DNA from: Gemmatimonadota bacterium
Lineage (GTDB): Bacteria; Gemmatimonadota; Gemmatimonadetes; Gemmatimonadales; Gemmatimonadaceae
Direction: 5' to 3'
NCBI GenBank assembly: GCA_031372565.1
Contig: JANMLN010000201.1
Span: 22,094 to 86,093 of the forward strand
DNA length: 64,000 bases
The stretch's first letter is position 1. Every line of letters begins with the position of its first letter. Below are positions 31,652-40,963 of this stretch, in pieces. Under the pieces are notes generated by a model that was not told the origin of the DNA, ran no database searches, and saw only the letters and a list, made by a program, of their open reading frames with translations. The position numbers were made by a program, and so were the translations under genes.

Positions 31652-32739
31652 TTGCGCGAGAGCTGCATGAGGTCCAGCACGGGGACGCCGGTCGGATCGC
31701 TGCGGCCCGTGCGTACGCGCGCCGTGATCAGGATCGTCGAGAGCGGCGGCAAGCCCTTGGCCTGCGCGACGAGCGACGGCGGCACCGCCAGATAGAGCAG
31801 CGCATTCTCGCGGTTCGGGCCGCGCGCGAGCAGGTACGGTTCGTCGGGAGTGAGATCCTTGCGGAGCGGATCGGCGACCTGATAGGCGATGACCTCCACT
31901 TCCCAGCGCACGACCTTGCCGCGTGATCCGGCCGGATCGGCGCGCAGGTCAGCGGCGGAGAGCGCGGTCCGCGCATTGCTGTCCGCCGGTGCCACATCGC
32001 CTTCACGGACCCATCCCTCGACGCGCACGCGCACCCAGCCCCGTTCGCGCGCGAGCGGCGTGAGCATGGCGTCCTTGGCCGCGGTGCCAAGCGTCACACC
32101 GCCGTCGGGGGCGGTGCGCAGCTCGGAGGGCCGCGTGGTCACCAGCGCGCCGTCGGGGAGCGGCGGGGCGGGCTCAGCGGATGCCGCCACGAGCGGTGCG
32201 ACGGACGCCGACTGCTGCGCGGATGGGGCGGACGGTGGCGGCGCGCTCTGCTTGCTGGCCGCGAGAGCGGTCGACGTGGGGCCAGCCGCGGCTGTCTCGG
32301 CGAAGGCGTTGTTCGCCACCCAACCGCCGCGGCGCACCTTCACCCACTTGCCGGTGCGCAGGACGACCGCGAGCCCGGTGCCGCTCTTGAGGCGCGCAGT
32401 TTCACTGGAGGCGCCGTCGGCCGTGGCATGGAGCGTGGCGCCCGACGACGCCGCCACGTGCACCTGATAGCGCCCCTTCCGGCCACCCAACGCCGCCCCC
32501 TCGACGAACCCTTCGACGACAACGCGGGTATGTCCGGCGCGCGCTTCCTGACGGGTCACGGCGGTGCCGCCCGCGAGCGTGGCCACGACGGGGCCCCCAG
32601 GGGAATCGCGCAGCGGGCTCTCGCGACCGATCGTGCGCGATTGCGCGCCCATCGGCAAGGCCGCGCACGCCAGAAGCGCGACGGCCTGCCGAATCGCTTG
32701 GAGGCCCCCTTGGGGGCGGCTAGCTTCCTGCAGTTGCAT
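31648..32739 (-). CDS. Exported SH3-like domain protein
   Basis: Signal peptide; three repeats like LR..P.G.....L.......L......GWV.VR..GWV. Confidence 0.75.
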   Translation of the reverse strand: MQLQEASRPQGGLQAIRQAVALLACAALPMGAQSRTIGRESPLRDSPGGPVVATLAGGTAVTRQEARAGHTRVVVEGFVEGAALGGRKGRYQVHVAASSGATLHATADGASSETARLKSGTGLAVVLRTGKWVKVRRGGWVANNAFAETAAAGPTSTALAASKQSAPPPSAPSAQQSASVAPLVAASAEPAPPLPDGALVTTRPSELRTAPDGGVTLGTAAKDAMLTPLARERGWVRVRVEGWVREGDVAPADSNARTALSAADLRADPAGSRGKVVRWEVEVIAYQVADPLRKDLTPDEPYLLARGPNRENALLYLAVPPSLVAQAKGLPPLSTILITARVRTGRSDPTGVPVLDLMQLSRK

Positions 32740-32779
32740 ATAGCGATGAACGTAAGCCTTCCCCCAGCACGGAACCAGA

Positions 32780-34330
32780 ATGGCTGCAGGTGATCGACGC
32801 CCGGTGGCGCTTGTGGTGCTCGACGGATGGGGCTATCGCCCCGAACGCGACGGCAACGCGATTGCCCTGGCCAACGTGCCGACGTGGGACCGCCTCTGGT
32901 CGCGCGCACCGCGCACCTTGCTGGACGCGTCGGGTCTCGCGGTGGGACTCCCCGACGGGCAGATGGGCAACAGCGAGGTGGGTCACCTCAACCTCGGCGC
33001 CGGGCGCGTGGTGATGCAGGATCTCGTGCGCGTCCACGCCGCGATCGCCGACCGCACCTTCTTCGACAACGCGGCGCTCGTGGCCGCGTGCGACGCCGTC
33101 AAGCGCTCGGGCGGCACGCTGCACCTCTGCGGTCTGCTGGGTGACGGTGGCGTGCATGCCCACGACGCGCATGCGGTGGCGCTGGTCGAGTTGGCGCGCG
33201 CCCGCGGCGTGGAGCGCGTCGCCCTCCATCTCTTTCTCGATGGACGCGACACGCTGCCCCGCTCGGCGGCCGGCTTCCTGCAGGACTTCCTCGCGCGCGT
33301 GGCGGGTCGTGCGGTGCTTGCGAGTGTGAGCGGGCGCTACTACGCGATGGACCGCGACCAACGCTGGGCGCGCACCGAGCTTGCCTATCGCGCCATGGTC
33401 AGCGGCACGGGCCCGACGGCACCGGATGCGCTTGCGGCCATCACCGCGGGCTACAACCAGAACGTCACCGACGAGTTCCAGCAGCCCGTCGCGATCACGC
33501 GCGACGGTGCTCCGGTTGCGCCGATCCGCGACGGCGACCAACTCGTGTGCTTCAACTATCGATCCGACCGGATGCGGCAGATCGTGCGCGCGCTCACGGA
33601 GCCGGGCTTCGACGGTTTCGACACGGGGACTCGTCCGCAGATCGGCGTGACGACGATGACGCAGTACGCCCAGACGTTCGGGCTGCCCGTAGTCTTTCCG
33701 CCGTTCTCCATGGCGCGCATCATGGCCGAAGTGCTGGCCGATGCGGGGAAGACGCAGTTTCGCACGGCTGAGACCGAGAAGTACCCGCACGTGACCTATT
33801 TTTTCAACGGCGGCGAAGAGCAGCCGTATCGCGGCGAGGAACGGCAACTCGTGGCGAGCCAGAAGGTGGCCACCTACGATCTCGCGCCCGAGATGAGCGC
33901 GGCGGGCGTGACCGACAAACTCTGCGGCGCCCTTGAAGGGCGGCATCACGATTTCATTCTCTGCAATTACGCCAATGGCGACATGGTCGGACACTCCGGC
34001 AATCTGGCCGCGACGATCAAGGCGGTGGAGACGGTGGACGCGTGCCTGGCCCGCATCATCGCCAGCGCCGAGCGCTCAGGCGCGCGCCTGCTGATCACGG
34101 CGGATCACGGCAACTGCGAGATGATGATCGATCCGGTCACGGGTGGCCCGCATACCGCGCACACCACCAACAAGGTGCCGTTCCTGCTGATTGACCCCGA
34201 TGGCAATCGGCCGCTCCGCTCCGGCGGTGCGCTGTGTGACGTGGGCCCGACCGTGCTCAGCCTGCTCGGCCTCGAGCAACCGGCCGAGATGACCGGAACT
34301 TCCTTGCGCCTCCCGGAGGCGACTGCCTGA
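32780..34330 (+). CDS. gpmI: 2,3-bisphosphoglycerate-independent phosphoglycerate mutase
   Basis: LDGWG, GQMGNSEVGHLNLGAGR, GRYYAMDRD, AETEKYPHVTYFFNGG, DMVGH, TADHGN. Confidence 0.97.
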   Translation: MAAGDRRPVALVVLDGWGYRPERDGNAIALANVPTWDRLWSRAPRTLLDASGLAVGLPDGQMGNSEVGHLNLGAGRVVMQDLVRVHAAIADRTFFDNAALVAACDAVKRSGGTLHLCGLLGDGGVHAHDAHAVALVELARARGVERVALHLFLDGRDTLPRSAAGFLQDFLARVAGRAVLASVSGRYYAMDRDQRWARTELAYRAMVSGTGPTAPDALAAITAGYNQNVTDEFQQPVAITRDGAPVAPIRDGDQLVCFNYRSDRMRQIVRALTEPGFDGFDTGTRPQIGVTTMTQYAQTFGLPVVFPPFSMARIMAEVLADAGKTQFRTAETEKYPHVTYFFNGGEEQPYRGEERQLVASQKVATYDLAPEMSAAGVTDKLCGALEGRHHDFILCNYANGDMVGHSGNLAATIKAVETVDACLARIIASAERSGARLLITADHGNCEMMIDPVTGGPHTAHTTNKVPFLLIDPDGNRPLRSGGALCDVGPTVLSLLGLEQPAEMTGTSLRLPEATA

Positions 34331-35031
34331 TGTCTTGCCGCTTTGTCCTCGTTCGTGCGTTCGCGTGTCTCGCGCTCGCCGCGCCCCCATCGGCTGCGCA
34401 GCTCGGCACCCTGCCCGAGCAGAGCCCATTCCGCGACGTGGAGTACACGCACGAGTGGACCTTCTTCTCCGGGTATCTCTCCAACCGGTCGGATCCTGCG
34501 GGGGTCGCGCCCGGTGGCGGCCCGATGGTCGGGATCCGGTACGACTACCACTTCTCGGGGCCGCTGTTCGGCTACGTCCGGTTGACGGAGGTTGCCAGTC
34601 GACGCCTCGCGCTCAATCCCGGCAAGCCGGTCGCGACTCGACGCGTGGGTGACTTCAGCTGGCCGATGACCTTCTTCGATATCGGCCTCGAGACGAGCCT
34701 CACGGGACGGAAATCATGGCATGGCATCATGCCGGTCGTGTCCGTCGGTGGCGGCCTCTATTCGGACCTGATCTCGGGCGCCGATGCGGGCGGCTTCGAG
34801 ATTGGCACCGGGCTGATGCTCAGCTTTGGCGGCGGCGTCCGCTTTGCGCCGGCGCGTCGGTGGCAGCTGCGAGCGGAGGTGTACAACTACTTGTATGGAA
34901 TCGACTACCCGGGGAGCTACGAGAACGCACCGACGGGCGGGTCCACGGCGATCCTGCCGTCCGGTGCGAAGGGCGGACTCCGGAGCAACTGGTCGATCCA
35001 GATCGGCGCGTCGTACACGTTCCTGCGATGA
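34330..35031 (+). CDS. Outer-membrane beta-barrel protein
   Basis: Signal peptide, alternating amphipathic strands, C-terminal IGASYTF. Confidence 0.7.
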   Translation: MSCRFVLVRAFACLALAAPPSAAQLGTLPEQSPFRDVEYTHEWTFFSGYLSNRSDPAGVAPGGGPMVGIRYDYHFSGPLFGYVRLTEVASRRLALNPGKPVATRRVGDFSWPMTFFDIGLETSLTGRKSWHGIMPVVSVGGGLYSDLISGADAGGFEIGTGLMLSFGGGVRFAPARRWQLRAEVYNYLYGIDYPGSYENAPTGGSTAILPSGAKGGLRSNWSIQIGASYTFLR

Positions 35032-35453
35032 CCATGCGCGTCACGCTGACGCGCCGCGTCACTTTCAGCGCCGCGCATCGCTATCGACGGCCGGACTGGA
35101 GCGAGGAGCGCAACCGCTCCACCTTCGGCGCCTGTGCGAACCCGCACTCGCACGGCCACTCCTACAAGTGCGACGTGACCGTGAGCGGCGCGGTCGACGC
35201 CGAGACGGGATTCGTGACCGACCTGGCACTCCTCGATCGCGCGCTCGCCTCCGAAGTGCGCGAGCGGTTCGATCACCGCAACATCAATGACGAGGTGCCC
35301 GAGTTCGCCGATGGGCGCCTGATCCCGACGGGCGAGAACCTCGCGCGCTTCATCCTCGAGCGAGTGCAGGCGGTGCTGGGCACCGCGTCGCGCGTCACCT
35401 CGGTGACCGTCGCCGAAGACGACACGCTCTGGTCGACCTGTCACGCCGAGTGA
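35028..35453 (+). CDS. queD: 6-pyruvoyl/6-carboxy-tetrahydropterin synthase family protein
   Basis: FSAAHR, C.NP..HGH.Y, DH.N.N, PT.EN.A, V.E; ATGA overlap. Confidence 0.85.
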   Translation: MTMRVTLTRRVTFSAAHRYRRPDWSEERNRSTFGACANPHSHGHSYKCDVTVSGAVDAETGFVTDLALLDRALASEVRERFDHRNINDEVPEFADGRLIPTGENLARFILERVQAVLGTASRVTSVTVAEDDTLWSTCHAE

Positions 35454-35456
35454 TCG

Positions 35457-36083
35457 GTGCGCGCCATGACGCCGAGCATCGGAGCGATCCTGGCTGGCGG
35501 CGCGGGGACGCGCATGGGCGGGATGGCGAAGGGGCTCCTCGAGGTGCGCGACCGGCGTACGGTGGAGTGGGTCGCCGACGCGGTGGCTCCGCTCGTCGAC
35601 GAGTTGGTGCTCGTGGGAGGATCGAAGGTGCTCGCGACCGGACTGGGGGCGCGCGGGATCGATGACCTTCGTCCCGGGCTGGGCGCGATCGGTGGCATGC
35701 ACGCGGCATTCGAACTGGCCGGCGATCGCGGCTGCTTCGTCGTGGCGTGGGATCTGCCGTTCGTGACCACCGCACTGCTGTGGGCGCTGCACGCTCAGGC
35801 CATGGCCGAGGACGCTGACGCGGGCCTCTGTGTGCGCGCCGGATCGCGCTGGGGGGTGGAGCCGCTGTGCGGATGGTACGATGCCGCCCGCTGCCGGAGT
35901 GCCCTCGATCGGGCCCTCGCCGCGGGAGACACGCGCGCGGGCGGCTGGTTGTCCGAGGTGCGCGTCGCGCGGCTCGGCGTCGCGGCTCAGGCGGCGTACG
36001 GCGACCCGGCCTTCCTCCTGCACGACCTCGATACCCCCGAGGACTACGAGGCGGCCCGTGCGGCCGCGCGGGAGATGACGTGA
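35457..36083 (+). CDS. mobA: Molybdenum cofactor guanylyltransferase
   Basis: ILAGG.G.RMGG..K, DLPF, EPLC..Y, D.DTPED. Confidence 0.88.
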   Translation: MRAMTPSIGAILAGGAGTRMGGMAKGLLEVRDRRTVEWVADAVAPLVDELVLVGGSKVLATGLGARGIDDLRPGLGAIGGMHAAFELAGDRGCFVVAWDLPFVTTALLWALHAQAMAEDADAGLCVRAGSRWGVEPLCGWYDAARCRSALDRALAAGDTRAGGWLSEVRVARLGVAAQAAYGDPAFLLHDLDTPEDYEAARAAAREMT

Positions 36084-37624
36084 GCAGGCGCGAGTCACGC
36101 ATGTGGCGCTGGGCCGCTCTTGTCACGACGTGCCTGGTGGTCGGCACGGGCGCCCACGCGCAGGCGCCTGCAGCTCCAAGCAGTGCCGCGAACAGCGCCG
36201 GCGGCGTCGCAGCCGCTCCGCCATGGACCGCACTGCGTGCCGGCATCGACTCGTTGCTCAACGACCCGGCGTTTGCCAATGCGCACTGGGGCGTGCTCAT
36301 TGTCGATCCCCTGCGCGGCGACACCCTGTATGCGCGCAATGCGGGCAAGCTGTTCATGCCGGCGTCCAACCAGAAGATCCTCACCGGCGCCGTCGCACTC
36401 GCCAAGCTCGGCGCGGAGTATCGCTGGACAACCGTCCTTGCCGCCCGCGGCCGGGTGCGCGCCGGGACCCTCTCCGGTGATCTGCTGGTGTTCGGCTCCG
36501 GCGACCCGAGCATGAGCGATGCGGTACGCGGTGACGTGCGCGCCGCCTTCGACTCACTGGCCGACGCCGTACGCGCCGCGGGGGTAGAGCGCATCACCGG
36601 GCGCCTCGTACACGCCGGGGATGCGCTTCCGGGCGACACGTACGGGTACGGGTGGGCGCATGACGACTTCGACGAACCGTACAGTGCGCCGGTCGACGAA
36701 CTGTTCGTGAACGAAGGGATCGCGCGGGTGATCGTGCGTGCCGCCGCGCGCGCGGGACGCGCGGCCACGGTCGACGTGCTCCCCGCGATGGGCGTCGTCC
36801 CCGTACGCGTGCAGGTGCGGTCGACCGCCGCTCCCGTCGCGCCGTCCGAACGGCCCACGATCAGCTTCGACGACGGCGCGTACGTCGTGCGCGGGCAGCT
36901 GAGCGTCCGCGACAGTGCGGTGTTCACCGTTGCCATTCGCGATCCGGCGCGTGCGTGGTTGGCCGCGTTGCGCGCGGCGCTCGTGCGGCGTGGCGTGCGG
37001 GTGAGCGCGCAGTTCGCGCGCGACACGGCACGCGACGCCGCGCGCGACACCCTGGTGCGGTGGTCGTCGCCGCCACTGTCGCAGCTCCTCGGCGCGCTCG
37101 AGAAGCCCTCGCAGAACCAGCTTGCGGAGCTCTTCTTCCGCACGCTCGGGGGCGCCTTCGACTCGGCCGCGACCGCGCGGGCCGGGCGCCGCGTGGTCAC
37201 GACGCAGTTGGCGCAGTGGGGGGTCGACACCACGCATGTGGCGGTGCGCGATGGCAGTGGCCTGTCGCGCCACGATTACCTCGCCCCGGACGCCGTCGTG
37301 CGCGTGCTCGACGTGATGGGCCGGAGTGCCGACAGCGCGTTGTTCCGCGCATCGCTGCCCGTGGCCGGTGTGGACGGCACCTTGATCAACCGCCTGCGCG
37401 GGACCACGGCGCAGGGCCGCGTGCAGGCCAAGACGGGGACGCTCGACAAGGCGCGTTCGCTCTCGGGCTACGTGACCACGGCAGGGGGCGCCACGCTGCT
37501 GTTCAGTCTGCTGGCGAACAACTGGACCACATCCGTGCGCGCGGTCGAGCGGGTGCAAGACGCCATCGTGCTGCGGCTCGCGGTGCTTCCGCTCACTGTT
37601 CCGGTCGATGCTGACCGCCGCTGA
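36080..37624 (+). CDS. dacB: D-Ala-D-Ala carboxypeptidase/endopeptidase, peptidase S13 (PBP4)
   Basis: PASNQK (SxxK), GSGDPS, SQN (SxN), DGSGLSR, AKTGTL (KTG). Confidence 0.93.
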   Translation: MSRRESRMWRWAALVTTCLVVGTGAHAQAPAAPSSAANSAGGVAAAPPWTALRAGIDSLLNDPAFANAHWGVLIVDPLRGDTLYARNAGKLFMPASNQKILTGAVALAKLGAEYRWTTVLAARGRVRAGTLSGDLLVFGSGDPSMSDAVRGDVRAAFDSLADAVRAAGVERITGRLVHAGDALPGDTYGYGWAHDDFDEPYSAPVDELFVNEGIARVIVRAAARAGRAATVDVLPAMGVVPVRVQVRSTAAPVAPSERPTISFDDGAYVVRGQLSVRDSAVFTVAIRDPARAWLAALRAALVRRGVRVSAQFARDTARDAARDTLVRWSSPPLSQLLGALEKPSQNQLAELFFRTLGGAFDSAATARAGRRVVTTQLAQWGVDTTHVAVRDGSGLSRHDYLAPDAVVRVLDVMGRSADSALFRASLPVAGVDGTLINRLRGTTAQGRVQAKTGTLDKARSLSGYVTTAGGATLLFSLLANNWTTSVRAVERVQDAIVLRLAVLPLTVPVDADRR

Positions 37625-38861
37625 AGCGAGCGCGCAGCTCGTGGCACAGGTCCGGCCCTCACCGGTCGTGGCGCTGCCGCTGACGGACGCGCACGCGCTT
37701 GTGCTCGCCGAACCCGCGTTCGCCACCGTGACGCTGCCGCCATGGCCGAACGCCGCCATGGATGGCTACGCCGTGCATGCGCGTGACGTCGAAGGCGCAC
37801 GTGCGCAGGCGCCCGTGACGCTCACGGTGAGCGAGACGATTGCGGCCGGCGCCTTCCCGACGCGCGCGATCGTGCGCGGCGAAGCGGCGCGCATCATGAC
37901 GGGCGCACCGATCCCGGCCGGCGCCGACACGGTCGTCCGGGTTGAAGACACGGATGGCGGCGTCGACCTCGTGGTCGTGCGCGATGCGCGTGACAGTGGC
38001 CGCAACGTGCGGGCCGCCGGCGAGGACGTCCACGCCGAGGAGGAGCTGCTGATCGCCGGTCGCTGGCTGGGCGGCGCGCAGCTCGGGTTGCTGGCGGCTG
38101 CGGGAGTGCCCGCGGTACGCGTGCATCGGCGCCCGCGTGTGGCCATCCTCAGCTCGGGCGACGAGCTCGTGCCGTTGTCGCAGGTCGAGGAAGCGCGCGC
38201 CGGGCGCAAGCTCATCTCGTCGAACTCCGTCGCGTTGTGCGCGCTCGTGCGTGAGGCCGGGGCCGAGGCGCTCGACTTCGGCATTGTCGCCGACGACCCC
38301 GTCGCGCTGGCCGAGCGGTTGCGCGCTGCGAGCGCGGAGGCCGATCTCATCCTGACGACGGCCGGCGTATCGGTCGGTGCGTTCGACTTCACCCGCGACG
38401 CGGTGCGCGCGGCGGGGGGGGTGATCGACTTCTGGAAGGTGCGCCTGCGTCCGGGCGCGATGCTCGGTGCAGGACGCGTGGGTCACGTGCCGTGGCTCGG
38501 ATTGCCCGGGAATCCGGTGTCGGCCGTGGTGACGTTCGAGTTGTTCGCCCGCCCCATGCTGCGGCGCATGCTCGGACATGCCGCCTGCTATCCGCAGGCC
38601 GTCGAGTGCGAGCTCGCTGCGCCCGTGCGCACGGCGGGCGGCACGACCTACCTGCTGCGCGTGATGCTGACGCCGCGCGCAGGTCGTCGCCCGCTCGCGA
38701 CCCTCGCCGGCGCTCAGGGGTCGCATGTGCTGTCCGCGCTCGCGCGAGGGAACGCGCTGTTGGTGGTACCTCCCGCTGCTGCCCAGGCAGCGGCCGGCAC
38801 GTTGCTGCACGCCATTCCACTCGGCGAGTCCCTGACCTTCGGTACGGAGTTCCCATTCTGA
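37608..38861 (+). CDS. moeA: Molybdopterin molybdenumtransferase
   Basis: AMDGYA, RIMTGAPIP.GAD.VV..ED, SSGDEL, GVSVG..D, LPGNPVS. Confidence 0.95.
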   Translation: MLTAAEASAQLVAQVRPSPVVALPLTDAHALVLAEPAFATVTLPPWPNAAMDGYAVHARDVEGARAQAPVTLTVSETIAAGAFPTRAIVRGEAARIMTGAPIPAGADTVVRVEDTDGGVDLVVVRDARDSGRNVRAAGEDVHAEEELLIAGRWLGGAQLGLLAAAGVPAVRVHRRPRVAILSSGDELVPLSQVEEARAGRKLISSNSVALCALVREAGAEALDFGIVADDPVALAERLRAASAEADLILTTAGVSVGAFDFTRDAVRAAGGVIDFWKVRLRPGAMLGAGRVGHVPWLGLPGNPVSAVVTFELFARPMLRRMLGHAACYPQAVECELAAPVRTAGGTTYLLRVMLTPRAGRRPLATLAGAQGSHVLSALARGNALLVVPPAAAQAAAGTLLHAIPLGESLTFGTEFPF

Positions 38862-39571
38862 CGCACGCTGGCGCCGAGCTGTTGGCCCTCGAAAGCGAGC
38901 TTGAACGCCGGCATCGCACCTGCGAGTCCGACGTCGACCTGGGGACGCGCCACGTGACGATCGTCCATCCGGCGAGCGCCGACGAGTTGATCAGCGAGGT
39001 CGATTTCGGGCTCGATGGGCGGCTTCCGTACTGGGCCGACCTGTGGCCGTCGGCGCGCGTGCTCGCGCGCCATGTCGCAACGCTCGGTGCCGACGGGCGC
39101 GCGCTGCTCGAACTCGGGTGTGGATCCGGGTTGGTGGCAACAGCGGCTGCCTGCGCCGGCTTCACGGTCACCGCCACCGACTACTACCTGGACGCGTGCG
39201 CCTTCGCTCGGCTCAACGCGTGGCGCGCCACGGGCGAGGTCATTCGCACGCGCCTGCTCGATTGGCGCTACCTCCCCGACGACCTTGGCACGTGGGACGT
39301 GATTGCCGCGAGCGACGTGCTCTACGAGCTTCCGTATGCGACGCTGGTCGCCGACCTGCTCGCGCGCGCGCTGGCGCCGCACGGCGTGGCCTACCTCGCA
39401 GACCCGGGGCGCGTCGCGTTGGACCAGTTTCTGACAGCCTGCCGATCGCGCGGCCTCGAGCCGGGCGAGCCAGACGCGGTGCCCTACGACTTCGACGGAC
39501 AGCGCCAGACGATCCGGATCTTCGCGATTCGCCGCGCGGACGCGTTGACCGGCCCCCCTCGGGAGGCGTAG
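38858..39571 (+). CDS. SAM-dependent methyltransferase (Methyltransf_16-like); start uncertain (CTG 38858 or TTG 38882)
   Basis: PYWADLWPS, LELGCGSGL, TDY, LDW, ASDVLYE, ADPGR. Confidence 0.85.
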   Translation: MTHAGAELLALESELERRHRTCESDVDLGTRHVTIVHPASADELISEVDFGLDGRLPYWADLWPSARVLARHVATLGADGRALLELGCGSGLVATAAACAGFTVTATDYYLDACAFARLNAWRATGEVIRTRLLDWRYLPDDLGTWDVIAASDVLYELPYATLVADLLARALAPHGVAYLADPGRVALDQFLTACRSRGLEPGEPDAVPYDFDGQRQTIRIFAIRRADALTGPPREA

Positions 39572-39579
39572 CGTTCGAC

Positions 39580-40539
39580 ATGGCGGCCCCGATCATCAGC
39601 GCACCCACACCGCTCGGCGGCACGCCCAGGGTGAACACGCGCGGAATCCGGGCAGCGCAGGCGGGGCTGCTCGTGAACGCCGTACTGACGGTCGTGAAGC
39701 TGCTCGCAGGGGTCGCGGGCAACAGCTACGCGCTGATCGCCGACGCGTTCGAGTCGATGTTCGACATCCTCGGGTCGTTCGTCATCTGGGGCGGGCTCCA
39801 GATCTCGAGCCGCTCCCCCAACGAGCACTACCCGTTCGGCTTCGGCCGTGCCGAGACGCTGGCCAGTGCGGTGGTCGCGCTGATGCTGATCGGCGCGGCG
39901 ATCGGCATCGCGATCGAAGCCGTGCGCGAGATCGTGACCCCGCACCACGCCCCGGCCCCGTTCACGCTGGCGGTGCTGGTGGCCGTCATCGTCATCAAGT
40001 ACGTCATGGCGCGCCGCGTGAACGCCATCGGCGACACGACCGGCAGTTCGGCCGTGAAGGCCGATGCCGTGCATCACCTGAGCGATGCCATCACGTCGGC
40101 GGCGGCGTTCGTCGGCATTTCGGTGGCGCTCTGGAAGGGACCGGGCTACGAGGCGGCCGACGATTGGGGAGCGCTCGTGGCGTCGGCGGTCATCCTGTTC
40201 AACGGGATTCGCCTGCTCTCGGAGGCCACGAGCGAGTTGATGGACCGCACGCCATCAACGGGGGTCGTGGATGCGATCGGGCGCGCAGCGTGCGACGTCC
40301 CCGACGTGCGCGCCATCGAGAAGCTCAAGGTGCGCAAGCTGGGTGCGGGTTTCTGGGTCGAAATCCACGTGCAGGCCGACCCCGCCATGCCGCTGGTCGA
40401 GGCGCACGGATTGGGCGGCGCGGTCAAGTACGCCATCCGGACCGCCGTCCCTGCCGTGCACGCGGTGCTGGTGCACATGGAACCATATGAATCGGCGCCG
40501 CTGCCTCCGGAACCGCAGGGGATGTCGAGGTTATCTTAG
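39580..40539 (+). CDS. Cation diffusion facilitator family transporter (FieF-like)
   Basis: S.ALIADA.ES..D, HYPFG.GRAE, ADA.H..SD, VHMEP. Confidence 0.92.
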   Translation: MAAPIISAPTPLGGTPRVNTRGIRAAQAGLLVNAVLTVVKLLAGVAGNSYALIADAFESMFDILGSFVIWGGLQISSRSPNEHYPFGFGRAETLASAVVALMLIGAAIGIAIEAVREIVTPHHAPAPFTLAVLVAVIVIKYVMARRVNAIGDTTGSSAVKADAVHHLSDAITSAAAFVGISVALWKGPGYEAADDWGALVASAVILFNGIRLLSEATSELMDRTPSTGVVDAIGRAACDVPDVRAIEKLKVRKLGAGFWVEIHVQADPAMPLVEAHGLGGAVKYAIRTAVPAVHAVLVHMEPYESAPLPPEPQGMSRLS

Positions 40540-40600
40540 GGGGATCACGTCCCGGGCCCCCACGCGCCGGACTCTCTGACGGACTCCAGCCATCTCGTCC

Positions 40601-40963
40601 ATGCGTCCTGCCCTGTCCGCTCCCCTCGTTCGACTCGGCGTGCTCAGCGCCGGGGCCCTGCTCGCCGCCGCGGCCTGCACCGCCGACAGCAGCGTCATCC
40701 TGATGGGCATTCCCACGATCACGCCCAACCCGGTCAGCGCGGGGAGCCGGTTCGTCATCAACGTCGGCGTGACCAACGCGGTGGGCTGCGATCGCGCGAC
40801 GGTATCAGTGCAGTACAACGGTGTGACCGTCAGCACCAAGCAGCAGGCCATCGGGACGCAGTACAAGGACTCGACCTTCGCCGTGGCGTCCGGCACCGTC
40901 ACGGCCACGGGCACCTGTGGATCGGCGGTGCAGACGTCGACCGAACTGGTGACCGTCAACTAG
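40601..40963 (+). CDS. Small lipoprotein, beta-rich
   Basis: Lipobox AAAC; two further Cys; typical codon usage. Confidence 0.65.
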   Translation: MRPALSAPLVRLGVLSAGALLAAAACTADSSVILMGIPTITPNPVSAGSRFVINVGVTNAVGCDRATVSVQYNGVTVSTKQQAIGTQYKDSTFAVASGTVTATGTCGSAVQTSTELVTVN

